DNA from: Cyanophora paradoxa CCMP329 | Taxonomy: Eukaryota; Plantae; Glaucophyta | DNA: 64,000 bases | Reading direction: 5' to 3' | NCBI GenBank assembly: GCA_004431415.1 | Contig: QPMI01000029.1 | Span: 186,001-250,000 of the forward strand | Shown here: piece after piece, positions 44,667 through 55,600 of the stretch | Position numbering within the stretch: the first letter of the stretch is position 1 | How the letters are laid out: each line of letters begins with the position of its first letter | Program-made: the position numbers and the translations under genes | The notes under the pieces: generated by a model | What the model saw: only the letters and a program-made list of their open reading frames with translations | The model's database searches: none | What the model was told of the DNA's origin: nothing

Positions 44667-45671
44667 TTACGCGAATCCAGCAATATTTGGATAGAAGGGG
44701 TGGGTCTCTCTCATTCTCATTTTGAAATACTCATAGATCGGATCACCGGCAGGTTCATCACCATAGCGGATTTCGAAAGTCAGATGCACAGGTTGCCCCT
44801 CGAAATCAATTAATTCATTTTGAGCATTCACTACATCTACCGAGAGTTGCGATAGTGATAGTTTCTTATTATAGTATTTATACAGCGGATTTGCTTCCGT
44901 CGAATTGTAAACAACGTGTTCCGCAAAGTCTTTATCTTGAACCGTGAGTTTATGGAAGTATCCAGTAAGTAGACCATCGGCACATTGGACGAGGTCACCC
45001 AGTTCTTTTACTCTCACGAAAAAGACGTTATCTTTACAGGTCTCAGTTGGGAATGTCGAGATTATACCGTTTACATTTGCACCTGTAAAAACGGAACTTG
45101 TATCTGTTCCATAGACTTGTGATTTAATAAACTTGTTTCCCCAGCGTCCAGCATCCAGACCCAAGATTCGAGCGTGTCGTAGCGCTTTTTCGACTGCGGA
45201 AACAGAAGGATCTTTTGCATATGAGAAGCAAATATAGAATTCCACAGGAGCATAAAAGATAACTCTTTTTGCGGTTACATCCCAACCACAGCGAATTGCA
45301 GAAGGAGGCGAGAGATTCTCAAAACGGTTATTGATTCGGGCAACGAGTTGCTGATGAGTATTGATTGGGGTTTTTAGACCTGCACCAGGTCTAATAGAAC
45401 GCCAACTATCATATAGAATCTCAGGAGCATTTGCACCAGTGGATGTGGATTTTTGGCTGAAATTGATAATAAAAGCATCTTCCACTGTTGCATCCCCAGG
45501 TTCTGTTTCACCGCTAATGAGCGGGATGGAGTTATAGAATTCCGCCGAGACAAGGCGAACCGCTCTTACATTCTCATATGTCTTTGGGAGATCCGCAACA
45601 AACCGAGATGTTGGAGCATCCAGATTAGGTAGCGTTTTGAAGGAAGACACTTCAACGTATTCCACAGGCAT
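44667..45671 (-). CDS. Minor capsid/penton-like protein 1
   Basis: LPKTYENVRAVRLVSAEF...LSQLSVDVVNAQNELIDFEGQPVHLTFEI matches the single-jelly-roll penton pattern. Confidence 0.72.
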   Translation of the reverse strand: MPVEYVEVSSFKTLPNLDAPTSRFVADLPKTYENVRAVRLVSAEFYNSIPLISGETEPGDATVEDAFIINFSQKSTSTGANAPEILYDSWRSIRPGAGLKTPINTHQQLVARINNRFENLSPPSAIRCGWDVTAKRVIFYAPVEFYICFSYAKDPSVSAVEKALRHARILGLDAGRWGNKFIKSQVYGTDTSSVFTGANVNGIISTFPTETCKDNVFFVRVKELGDLVQCADGLLTGYFHKLTVQDKDFAEHVVYNSTEANPLYKYYNKKLSLSQLSVDVVNAQNELIDFEGQPVHLTFEIRYGDEPAGDPIYEYFKMRMRETHPFYPNIAGFA

Positions 45672-45699
45672 CTTCTTTTATCTATAACCATATAATAAA

Positions 45700-46602
45700 A
45701 TGATTCGGCTTGTCAATGTCGATAGTAGAGATCGATTAGATGGACAAAGAGAGAACGCTTACAAGGTCTCACTAACCACACCAATAACAAGACCGCGACA
45801 GTGTCGTATCTTGTATGCAGAGATTCCCAACAGCATTTATAATTCGATCGGAACCGATTATATTATGATTCGTTATAACATTGGTGGTTTCATCCTTAAC
45901 CAGCAGATATTTCCGTTACCGAGTGGTTACATAAACCAAGGACACTTTGGAGTTACTCAACCATATAATTACGGTTTAAACTACGAAGTTCTTGAAAATA
46001 CATTCTTTAAGATATACTACAACTCGACAACATACAAGTTAGAATTTTATAGCAGCGTTCCATTCGAAATAGCAGCGTCAAACAATAGAATCGCCAAACT
46101 ACTTGGTCTTGCTTCAACATTATTGGTAAGCCAGCAACATAATTTAGAAGATAACAGGTCTGTATTCGCTCCTGAGAATTTCTTATCGTATGCAGGAAGA
46201 CCAATAACACCTGATCACCCACAATGGGGAATTACGTTTGAAGGTGTAGATCCCGTGCCGTTGCAACACAAAGCAACAAGTCCAAAGATGGCGGATATGA
46301 AGGCTGAGCAATACTTGTATATGCACATCAAAGAACTCTCTTCTTTTGCATCGAACCACAATATAGTCCCGAAATCGCAACCGCAGAATCAAGGCGCGAT
46401 CTTGCGATTACAATTGAGTCAGGACATCGGGAAGTATGTTTACCATAGCGGAGAGCATGGTGAATACATAAAAATAACAGACAAAAACCTTGTTATTCGT
46501 GAATTAACAGTTGAGTTTCGTGATTATTTTGGTGATCTTGTAGATATGAATGGTATCGATAATTCGTTTCAGTTGGAGTTTGTAGCTATTGGATACGATT
46601 AA
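45700..46602 (+). CDS. Minor capsid/penton-like protein 2
   Basis: VNVDSRDR...ILYAEIPNSIYN...IRELTVEFRDYFGDLVDMNGIDNSFQLEF. Confidence 0.78.
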   Translation: MIRLVNVDSRDRLDGQRENAYKVSLTTPITRPRQCRILYAEIPNSIYNSIGTDYIMIRYNIGGFILNQQIFPLPSGYINQGHFGVTQPYNYGLNYEVLENTFFKIYYNSTTYKLEFYSSVPFEIAASNNRIAKLLGLASTLLVSQQHNLEDNRSVFAPENFLSYAGRPITPDHPQWGITFEGVDPVPLQHKATSPKMADMKAEQYLYMHIKELSSFASNHNIVPKSQPQNQGAILRLQLSQDIGKYVYHSGEHGEYIKITDKNLVIRELTVEFRDYFGDLVDMNGIDNSFQLEFVAIGYD

Positions 46603-47203
46603 CTATTGGGATATATGGTTTGAAGATATCAGCAACAACACCTTTCTGATCCTCTGTATACCATCTGTTGTTTTCACGAACCCAACGAGCGCCATTCTGT
46701 TTAAGGTATTTACGTAGAGTCGCTCGGGTCGCAATCTTCCATCCATGCTCTTCAAACTTAGCATGATAAGCACTAAGATCTCTGGGAATGTGGAAATAGT
46801 AACGCTCACGATGTTCTTCTTGTCCATAGCATATCCCAATTGTATCAATTACGTCTTCGTGAGTCTTTGTAGTGTTGAAAAGAAGATCATGAAAATTAAC
46901 AACAACGATGAAATCAAGTTCAGCATTACGCACTTGATTAAGATGGCTAAACACACCATCATGATTATAATTAATATGAGCATAGAAGAACCGATCATCG
47001 CGAGTTCTCGCACAAATCCGATCCGAATTTCTCCGAAAATAACCAAAACAAACCATTTGATCCATTCCAGGATAAGAGTATGTTCCAATCTTTCGATGCA
47101 AAACCTCAATAGTTTCAGCAAGATCAAGAATATCCTTCACACCAAATCGCATTTCAGCAATCGGAACCGAGAAGATCGGCTCACCTTCGAAGAGATACGC
47201 CAT
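46586..47203 (-). CDS. Hypothetical protein with a C-terminal DUF5710-like motif
   Basis: 205 aa; LKQNGARWVRENNRWY. Confidence 0.6.
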   Translation of the reverse strand: MAYLFEGEPIFSVPIAEMRFGVKDILDLAETIEVLHRKIGTYSYPGMDQMVCFGYFRRNSDRICARTRDDRFFYAHINYNHDGVFSHLNQVRNAELDFIVVVNFHDLLFNTTKTHEDVIDTIGICYGQEEHRERYYFHIPRDLSAYHAKFEEHGWKIATRATLRKYLKQNGARWVRENNRWYTEDQKGVVADIFKPYIPIVNRIQ

Positions 47204-47302
47204 GACACTGAATTACGTCTGAGAAAATCTTTTACCCGGTTTACTCTATACTATCGCTTCTTCCTTAAATCATTTTGGGTTGCCCACGAGCATCATTTTT
47301 TG

Positions 47303-48789
47303 AAAGTAAGACCTCAGTAATATCACAATTGATAGATGAGAGAATAACAGAGATCTTTTCAGGGTTGGAGAAAGCGGAGAAGCAGATAGCAGCGCGATTT
47401 CCGAGTTAATCACACTGTTAATGGTTTGGTAGGCACTTTATATTTCTCAGATAATGAAAGTGAATATATCATATCTCTATTTCTCTCACTGAATATCGTT
47501 TGGTAGGCACTTTTTAATTGAAGTTAGGCACTTTTTAATTGAAGTTAGGCACTTTCAATTGACGTTAGGCACTTAGGCACCTTTTCTGGAAACTCTCTAT
47601 AAAAATAAAATCAACGTTTTGAAAAACACAAGTTGATGTATTTGGGACTTCTTTTTAATTCTCGATTAGGAAGTGCCTAACGCGCCTACGCCGCCTACCG
47701 CGATTAAAAAAGTGCCTACTTCGATTAACCCGCTCCATTTCAGTAGCCCGTTTTATATCTAAATGATATCCGCCGATCACGATAAAAAAGTGCCTAACCG
47801 TTTTCATCTCAGCGAAATCTCATCGATTGTTTAATTGGACATAATGCTGTAACCATCTCTTCCAACAAAATTACATCGATTAATTCAATTGAGATTGATA
47901 CACCTAAGATACAATGTTTTTACAGTAAAAAACAGAATCCAATCTTATCAATTGTTTAATTGGACATAATGCAACTCTGGGGTCAATTTTGATACAGTAA
48001 AAATCTTACCCGAATCTCATCGATTGTTTAATTGGACATAATGCAGTAACCATCTCTTCCAACAAAATACGCCGCAATCTCAACGATTGTTTAATTGGAC
48101 ATAATGCAGTAACGAGTGAATTATTTTCATCCGATATCTCATCGATTGTTTAATTGGACATAATGCAGTAACGAGTGAATTATTTTCATCCGATATTTCA
48201 TCGATTGTTTAATTGGACATAATGCAGTAACGAGTGAATTATTTTCATCCGATATCTCATCGATTGTTTAATTGGACATAATGCAGTAACCATCTAATCC
48301 AACAAAATACGCCGCAATCTCATCGATTGTTTAATTGGACATAATGCAGTAACGAGTGAATTATTTTCATCCGATATTTCATCGATTGTTTAATTGGACA
48401 TAATGCAACTCTGTGTGAATTTTTGCGATTTCCGATAGAATGGGCGGTGGACTACTTCAATCGTGATTATATCAATCGTGATTATATCATAAATTTATGT
48501 TCCTTCAATCGAGATTATATCAAATTTGCATAAAATACATATTAATCGCGTTTATATCAATAAATTAATCGATATTATATCAATTGTTTAATCGAGATTA
48601 TTGAAATTTAATATAAAAATGCATATTTATCGATTAATTTATACATATTTATTAACATAAAAATACATATTTATCGATTAAATATACAAATTTATTTAAG
48701 AAAAACACATAAAGAAATACAAATTTAAATCCAGGAGCGAAGCGCGAAGCGCGTAGCGGAGGGATTTAAATTTGTATTTCTTTATGTGT
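47303..48789. repeat. Right TIR of element A (complete, about 1.49 kb)
   Basis: Reverse complement of the left TIR plus an AT-rich distal 380 bp, ending at ...TATGTGT before host GCCGGG. Confidence 0.93.
48705..48789. other. Terminal hairpin: perfect 28-bp stem with a 29-nt loop containing three GCGNAGC
   Basis: ACACATAAAGAAATACAAATTTAAATCC (48705-48732), loop AGGA-GCGAAGC-GCGAAGC-GCGTAGC-GGAG, then the reverse complement at 48762-48789. Confidence 0.93.
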
Positions 48790-50850
48790 GCCGGGCTGCA
48801 CGGGCGCCGCCACGGGCCCGAGGGCGCATCCCAGCGAACACGCTGCTCAACTGTCCGTGCGAGCTTTCTTCGCCCCGCCCCTCCCCCCCTCCCCCCTAGC
48901 TTGCTTCGTCCGCCGTTTTTTGGAGCGGATCCAACGCTGCCGTTTTTTCGCCCCCCCCCCCCCCCCCCCTCTGCCGTTTTTTGGAGCGGAACCAACGCTG
49001 ACGCTGGCCGTGCAGCACGCATCCGCCGGCAAAGAGCTCTACTGTGCGTCGCCCCGGCCCTCCACTGAATGAAATGACTGACTGAATTCGACTGGCGGTG
49101 CAGTGGGTTAGACGTTGCTCTAGCTGCAGCAACGGCGGCCGGGGAGGCTGATCGCGGTGCCGTCCCTGCCCGCCCACCCGAGCATGCGCAGCGGCTTCTG
49201 ACGGTGCCGCGCCTCTTGGGCCAGGAAGCTGGCGGAAGCCCGGAGCCAGTGACCATCGCTGTTCCAGCCTGGCTAGCGGATCACACGTACGCCCGTACCC
49301 CTTCCGCGGCATCAATATATAACCCCTCCCCGCTCATTCTCTCCGCACTACAGGCAGGAAGCAGCGAAGCAGAGAGCAGCGCGCGCCCGAGTTCTTCAGC
49401 AGCGACGTCGACCGGCCGAGAGGAAGTCAATTTGATCCGTCATATAGGGGCAGGAAAGCATGTAGAAAGCGTTTCAGGAAGCATTTTTAGATCAGTGTAG
49501 ATGCGCTATAATGTCTGAGCAGCGTTTGGTAGTCGGCAACCCGAGAAATTCGGTCTGCCAGCTGCCATACAAACCCAACCACAGGTGGTTGGGAATGTAT
49601 GGCAGTTGGCAAGCGAGGGGTACGGGGAAATCCGTGCAAATCGGGCGAGAATTGTGTTAATTTACGACAAAATTAAAACATAAAATAGACCGAATTACCT
49701 AATTTTGGGGGGGAGAAACACGAAAATTGCGCTATTTTATCGAAATTTCGGCTCCCACCCCCCGATCAAAATCCCACCGTGTGGCACCAAATTAAAATAT
49801 TGAGCACGAAATTGGCCACTTCCTAGCGCGAGCTCTAGGTCGCCGGGCCGGCGCTCCTCGCCCAGGGCGCGTACAGACTCCGCGCATGTTCCAACGCCTT
49901 CATAGACATATATATAAGATAGAGCACCCCTGTGAAACTTCAGAATCCGGGTTCTCAATAGTAGGCGGCCTTAGCGCGAAATTGCCTAGGGGCGGCATCG
50001 AACCCGGGTTGTTCCATTCCAACAGAATTCTTGAAGTTCGGGTACCTTAGCGGGACTTAACAATAGGTAGCTAGCGACTCCGTGACGGGCCGGAGGTTCC
50101 TAGCGATCTTAGCTGGGTTTATGAGAAGGCTCTATTTCTACATGCATCATTGAAGTTGTCCTTCTAACCCAGGGCATGCGCAGAGCCGGCTCTGCCTTCG
50201 CGTACGCGTGCGCCCTCGGGCGCGTCGCCGTGACGCGACGACGGTAATGGTGGCCACTCCGCCCCGGACGCCCCGTGCGCCACGCCGCGCTCGCGCCATC
50301 CCTTCCCCCGCGCCGGGCCCCGCGGCGCTCCTCTGAGGCGGCGGGACAGGCCGCGGGCGGCTGTGGTGAGCGGGCGGCTGTGGTGAGCAGGCAGGCCCTC
50401 GCGGCCTCCGCCCAGCAGCTCATCGCCGCCTCCGCCTCGGGCGTCGGCGTGTGCGCGCCGGCCCCCGCCCCGGCCTCCCGCCCCCCGGCGCTTGCTGAGA
50501 AACAAGCCGCAGGCCGGCGGGGCGCGGGGCGCTGCGGCTCATGGAGGTGGCGGCGCTCGTCCTCGCCGCCGCCTCAAGGCCGGCAACGAGCGCCTGTGCG
50601 CCGGCCGCCCCGCCCCGCCCCGCCCCGCCCCGCCGCCTCGCCCTGAGGGGCGCGGGGTGCCCAGCAGCCTGACGATGGCGGCGGACAAGTACGCGAGGCT
50701 CTTCGCGCACGCCGACGCCCCGCGGCCCTCGCCCTGCAGCTCCTCCACCGCCACCGCGTCGACTCCCCGCTCCTCGCCGCCCCACCGCCCACCCCGCCCG
50801 CTTCTCCCTCGTCGCCCTCCTCGGCCTGCCCGCCCCGCCGCTCGTCCCTT
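48790..50850 (+). repeat. Host 2.67-kb tandem array resumed right of element A
   Basis: Starts at the position equivalent to 20543; next unit marker at 50136. Confidence 0.93.
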
Positions 50851-51368
50851 GTGGAGGGTGCGGCGGCACTTGTCGAGGTTCTCCGCGTCCGCCGCGTCCA
50901 CCACGAAGATGCAGCAGAAGAGCTGGGGGGGTCAGGGGGGGGGTAGAGGCCGGCTGGGAGCGAGGGGCGCGGGGGGGGGGGGGGGCGGCGGCCCGCGGCC
51001 GGGCCGTCGGGAAGAAAAGAGCTGGCGCGGGCTAGGGATTGGGTGGGGGCGAGGGGAGCGGTGGCCCTCGGCCAGGTCGTCGGGGGGAGGGGGGTACGCG
51101 GCGCACGTCGATGAGATACCTGCGGGCGGGGGTAAGCGGGGCGGGGCGGGGCGGGACAGGGCGGGAGAGGCGGCGGGGGCCGCTATGCTCGGCTGGGCGG
51201 GGCGGGTCGGCGGCGGCGGCGGCGCGGCGGCGCGCCGCTAGGAGGCCGCGCTGCTCTGCTCTGCTCTGCTCTGCTTGGCGGGGCGCGGGGCGCTGCTCAC
51301 TTGGACCAGACCTCTGGGTCGATACGGTACGAGTGGCCCAGCTCGAACTTGCCCGTCGTGAAGCTCAC
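50850..51368 (-). pseudogene. Possible Arf/Sar-like small GTPase exons truncated by the tandem array
   Basis: Exon-like CIFVVDAADAENLDKCRRTLHK and upstream VSFTTGKFELG...W between GT-AG boundaries. No P-loop seen. Confidence 0.3.
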
Positions 51369-52619
51369 CTGCCGCCGCGCCGGGCCGGGCCACAGTCAGC
51401 GACGTTTTAGGTGGCGCCTAAGCGGCGGCGTCCTTCGTCTATCCGCTGCGCTCGCGCCCGCGCGGCGCTGAGCTCTCCCTCCGGCGCCCCAGCGGCCTGC
51501 CCCGCCGACTCCGGCCGTCCTCTAGCCGCGAGCGGGGCGCGCGCTGACCTTCTCGCCCCCGCACTCGACGAGCTCCGGGCGCGCTGCGGCGTGACGCGAC
51601 GCGCCTCAGCGCGCCGGGCACGCGGGTGGGCGGGCGCTGCGATGGGGCGGCGGCGGCGGCGCGCCTTTGAGGATCTCGCCAACGGCTCGCCGCAGCGGGT
51701 CCATCAGCGTCTTCTTACCCGCGCCGATGTGCCCGTGAGGCCGATCTGCGCGCGGAGGTTCGCCGCGGCCGATGCGGGTCCGAGCTACCGCGAACGTGCA
51801 AGCTTCAGGGCGCACCGGCATCATGGCGCCGCTTGGGCCTTGGGCTTCGACGACGGTGCAGCGGGAGCCGCCATCGTTCGAGCGCGGTCCGGAGGGCTGC
51901 CTGCGTGTCGATCTTCGCCTAGTCTACGTCAGAGACGATTGCGCTACTCGTGCTGAGCCCGGCTGGGCGCTACGAGGCGCGCGCCGAAACCCAGACCAGG
52001 CTCGGGCGCAAGCTCGGACGACGCACGCCTGCCACTCTCCGAGTCGTCCGCAACACGCCTCGCTGGCCTACCTCGCCGGGCGCGCTGAGCCCGATTCGGC
52101 CGTGACGAAGCACAGCGTACCCCGTACACAAGCCAAACTTCGGTCCCAGCCGAGCGCGGCCATTACAGAAGCGCCGATAGGTGCGTGCGAGAGTTCTATG
52201 CGCTTCTTGCGCACAAGCCGCTCACTGCCGGTTGTTGCAGCCGCAATTCTCTCCGCAGCCCGACGCCGCAACGGTCGCCGCAACGATCGCTGACTGCTTC
52301 TAAGGCTTGTCTTGTATTCCCTCCATTGCGAGCGATCCGCCGCCGCCGCCGCGAACGAGCTCTTGCAATTGTTTCGCGAGGCGCGCGCCGGCGCGCGGAA
52401 AATGCGTCATCATCGCCGACGGCGAGGTAAAGCAGCTCAAGCCGAAGGAGGCGCCCAATCAGCACACGTAGCGTCGTTGCGCGGCTTGTGGTCGTACGGC
52501 ATACCGAGCTCGCTGGTACGTGAAGTTAAAGCCGCGCGCCTGCAGCTGCGGCGCTAGTCGTGCAGCTCGCGCAGCTTTAGCAAGCCCGTCCGCGACTGAT
52601 CGCACCTTGCGCATGTGCA

Positions 52620-55600
52620 GGGCGTCTGGCTCCTGAGGAACCGCCTCAAGTGCAAGCTCTCCGCGGCCAATACCGGTCGCGGTCTGCGGCGCGGAACCCG
52701 CCGAAGCGCGACCGCGGCCGCGGCCACGGCCGGCGCCGGCCCTGCAGCATCCCCTTTCCCGTGTCGGTCGCAGCTCCGGCCGCGGCGCCGGCCACGGCGC
52801 CCGTCGCGGCAGCCAACGCTGTGTCCGTCAAGACTCCGCCCCATATCGGGATCGGCTCCTTTTCGTGCACGTGCACGCCCGCTAGCGTGTGCAGCGCGTG
52901 CACGGATCTCGTCTCTACCTTGCACGAGTACCTCGGCCGCCTGCCCTCCAAGCTGCGCGACTACGCTGCAGACATGCAGGTTCGGCGCCCTCGCCCTCTC
53001 GCATCTTCCCGCTCCTCACTGCCCGGCGCAGGAGTACCTAAACACGCTCGAGCAGACCGTCGGGCCGAAGCACGCCCTGACCGCCGCCTGCTCGCTCCGC
53101 CTCGCCCTCGCCCGCGTCGATCTCCGGAAATGGACGAGGCTGCCAGGCTCTACGAGGTACTTGTACGTGCCCTGGCCTGGATCGCTCGATCTTACGATCG
53201 CGGCGCCCCGCAGCGGGCGCGGGCGCTCTACGCCGAGGACGGGAGGCTGCGGGCGGCGAGCAGCCCCGGCGCCCTCGCCGAGCACGGCGAAGTCCTGGGC
53301 GGCGTCCACCACGCCAGGGGCGACCTTCCCTCCGCCAAGAGGGCCTACCTCGTTCGCCCTTTGAAATCGGCTAGCCCAAGTTGGCATGGCCTCTTCTCTC
53401 TCACACACACACGTGCAGTGGGCCCTTTCGTGCCGCGAGGAGCGCCTGCGGCCGCCGCTCGTGCCGACGCCCGAGAGCTTGATCTACATGGCCAAGACGG
53501 AGTACCACCTCGGCGTCTGCGTTTTCCTCATGGGCGACAACGACGCCTCGGAGTCTTACTTCAAGATACTCCATAAATATTGATCATGACAAGCTTCCGC
53601 TGACTGCCCCCGCAGTCCGGCTACGCGCACGAGCGGGAGGCGGGGGCGGGCGGGGATCGCGCGGCGCTGCTGCGACCTGCCGGTCCACGCCTACCTCACC
53701 CTACTCGGGAGGGGCACTCCGCCGCCGGCCGCCTGGACCGCCTCCACGACGTCATGCGGGTCCGTTATCGTACGACGCGGCCCGGCCCTGCCCTGGAGCT
53801 TAGCTTAAGCCCAGCCTAGATTAGAATCTTAGCTTAAGCTAAGCTTAGCTAAAGATAAAGCCTCGGCCGGTGCGGGCGTACGACGCGGCCGGGCCGGGGG
53901 CGGCGCCCGTGCTTAAGCTAAGCTTAAGCTTGCGCCGCCTCGGCCGACCCGGCCGGCCTGGCTTCGGCTGGGCGGCGCCCGCGCTTCAGCCTTAGCTTCA
54001 GCCGCCTCGGCCGACCCGGCCGGCCTGGCTAAGCTTAAGCTCGAGTCGCCTCGCAGATGGCTGCGGCGATCGCGGAGCGCGGGCTGTGCCGCGCCTGCGT
54101 CGCGCGCGGCGACCTCGCCGGAGTCGCCAAGGCGTTCTCAAGCATCTGCTGCAAGCGCGGCGACTTCGCCAGCGCAGAGGCGTTCTTAGAGGTGGGCGGG
54201 CGATCCCGGCCCTCGCCTTGTGCTTGATAAGGACACCGAACGCGTGCCAGGCACGCGTGCCGGGGTTGCCCGGCAGGGCAGAGTCCTCCTCCTTAGACTA
54301 TCTGCCCGCCGTCCTAGGCATAGCTATATAGCCTTCTGCCTGCGCGGCCTTAGACGTCGACGTCGCTGACGCCCTCTGCTCTACAGCGCCTCGTGGCGGA
54401 GACCGAACGGCTCCTGGGCGCCGAGCACCGCCGCCTCGGCTCGGCCCTCGTGCTCCTCGCCCGCTGCAAGCTGGACGCCGGCGAGCCGCCGGAGACCATC
54501 TACCCCTCGCCCGCGTGCGCCCGGACCCGTCCCGTCCGGCCGACGCGCGCTGTACCCCTGCCGCTCGCTCACCTGAGCCGTACCGCAGCGCGGGTGGGGG
54601 TTCTCAGGGCGACCCTGGGCGCAACCAGCCCTAGCCCCGAGGTCGAGGGGCGATCATCCTGCTAGGGGAGCTGCTGAGCAGGGCGCCGCACTTGGACGCC
54701 GACAAGAGCGTCGATATCGTCCAGGTGCGTCCCGTTTTCGAATCCGCCCGGCCCGAACTGATGCATTAGTCTTAAGGCGTACGTGCCCGCAGCGCGTTCT
54801 GGACTGGGCATCGGCGAACGACCGCATGCCGGCGGTGAACATTGTGCTTCGGATACCACGGCACATCGCGGTCTCTCACTCAGGCCCGCCTTGCACCTCC
54901 CCGGCTGTGCATTTACCACGTAAAACCGGCAGGAGCGGGCACTCCCCAAGGAAACCCTCAGGGCGCGAATGGACAGCAGACTGGAGACGCGCAGGCGGGA
55001 GAAGGAAGAGCGGCAGCGGGCGGAGGAGGAGCGCGAGCGGGCGCGGCGGGAGGCCGAGCGCGCCGAGCGCGCCGCCCGCGACGCCGCCGACCGCGTGCGC
55101 CGTCTGAGCCGTCTGAGCCGTCTGAGCCGTCTGAGCTCGCCTTCGAATTCTGAGCTGCGCGGGGGGCAGGAGGCGGCAAAGAGGCGTATGGGGGGCTCGC
55201 AGTGGGCCCCCGCTAAGAAGCTCCTTACGCGCCTTGACGCGCTTCTCAAGGTTAGTAAGCCTCTTTCCCCCCTCCCGCCTCCTCCCCTCCTCCCCTACCC
55301 CCTCCCCCCCTCCCTTCGAATTCCGTCACACACACACACACACACGCCCTCCCCGCCTCGAAATTAGAAAGCGCACCCCTCCCCGGCCCTTACCCCAGCC
55401 GTCCACCCTCCCCCCCCCTCTCTCCCCCCTGCCTCCAAGAGTGCTGCCCCCCCCCCTCCTCCCCCCCCTCCCCCCAATGCCTCTAAGAGGGGCGCGCAGC
55501 GATCGCCGGGCGACTTCGAGGGTCGCCTGCTCCGCATCCGTGCGCGAGCGAGCGAGCCGAGCCGAGCCGGTCCTCGGCTCTGATTTGATCTCGCTGACGG

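Larger units (their letters stand above)
21281..48789. mobile_element. Element A: near-complete endogenous Polinton-like/Maverick virus, about 27.5 kb
   Basis: Long TIRs, dense intronless AT-rich ORFs, and pPolB, rve integrase, A32 ATPase, DJR capsid, pentons and SF3 helicase, all inside GC-rich host repeats. Confidence 0.95.

Noticed and set aside
46745-47320. 191-aa plus-strand ORF
   Set aside because: Antisense shadow of the 205-aa minus-strand gene, which has promoter words and a recognisable motif.
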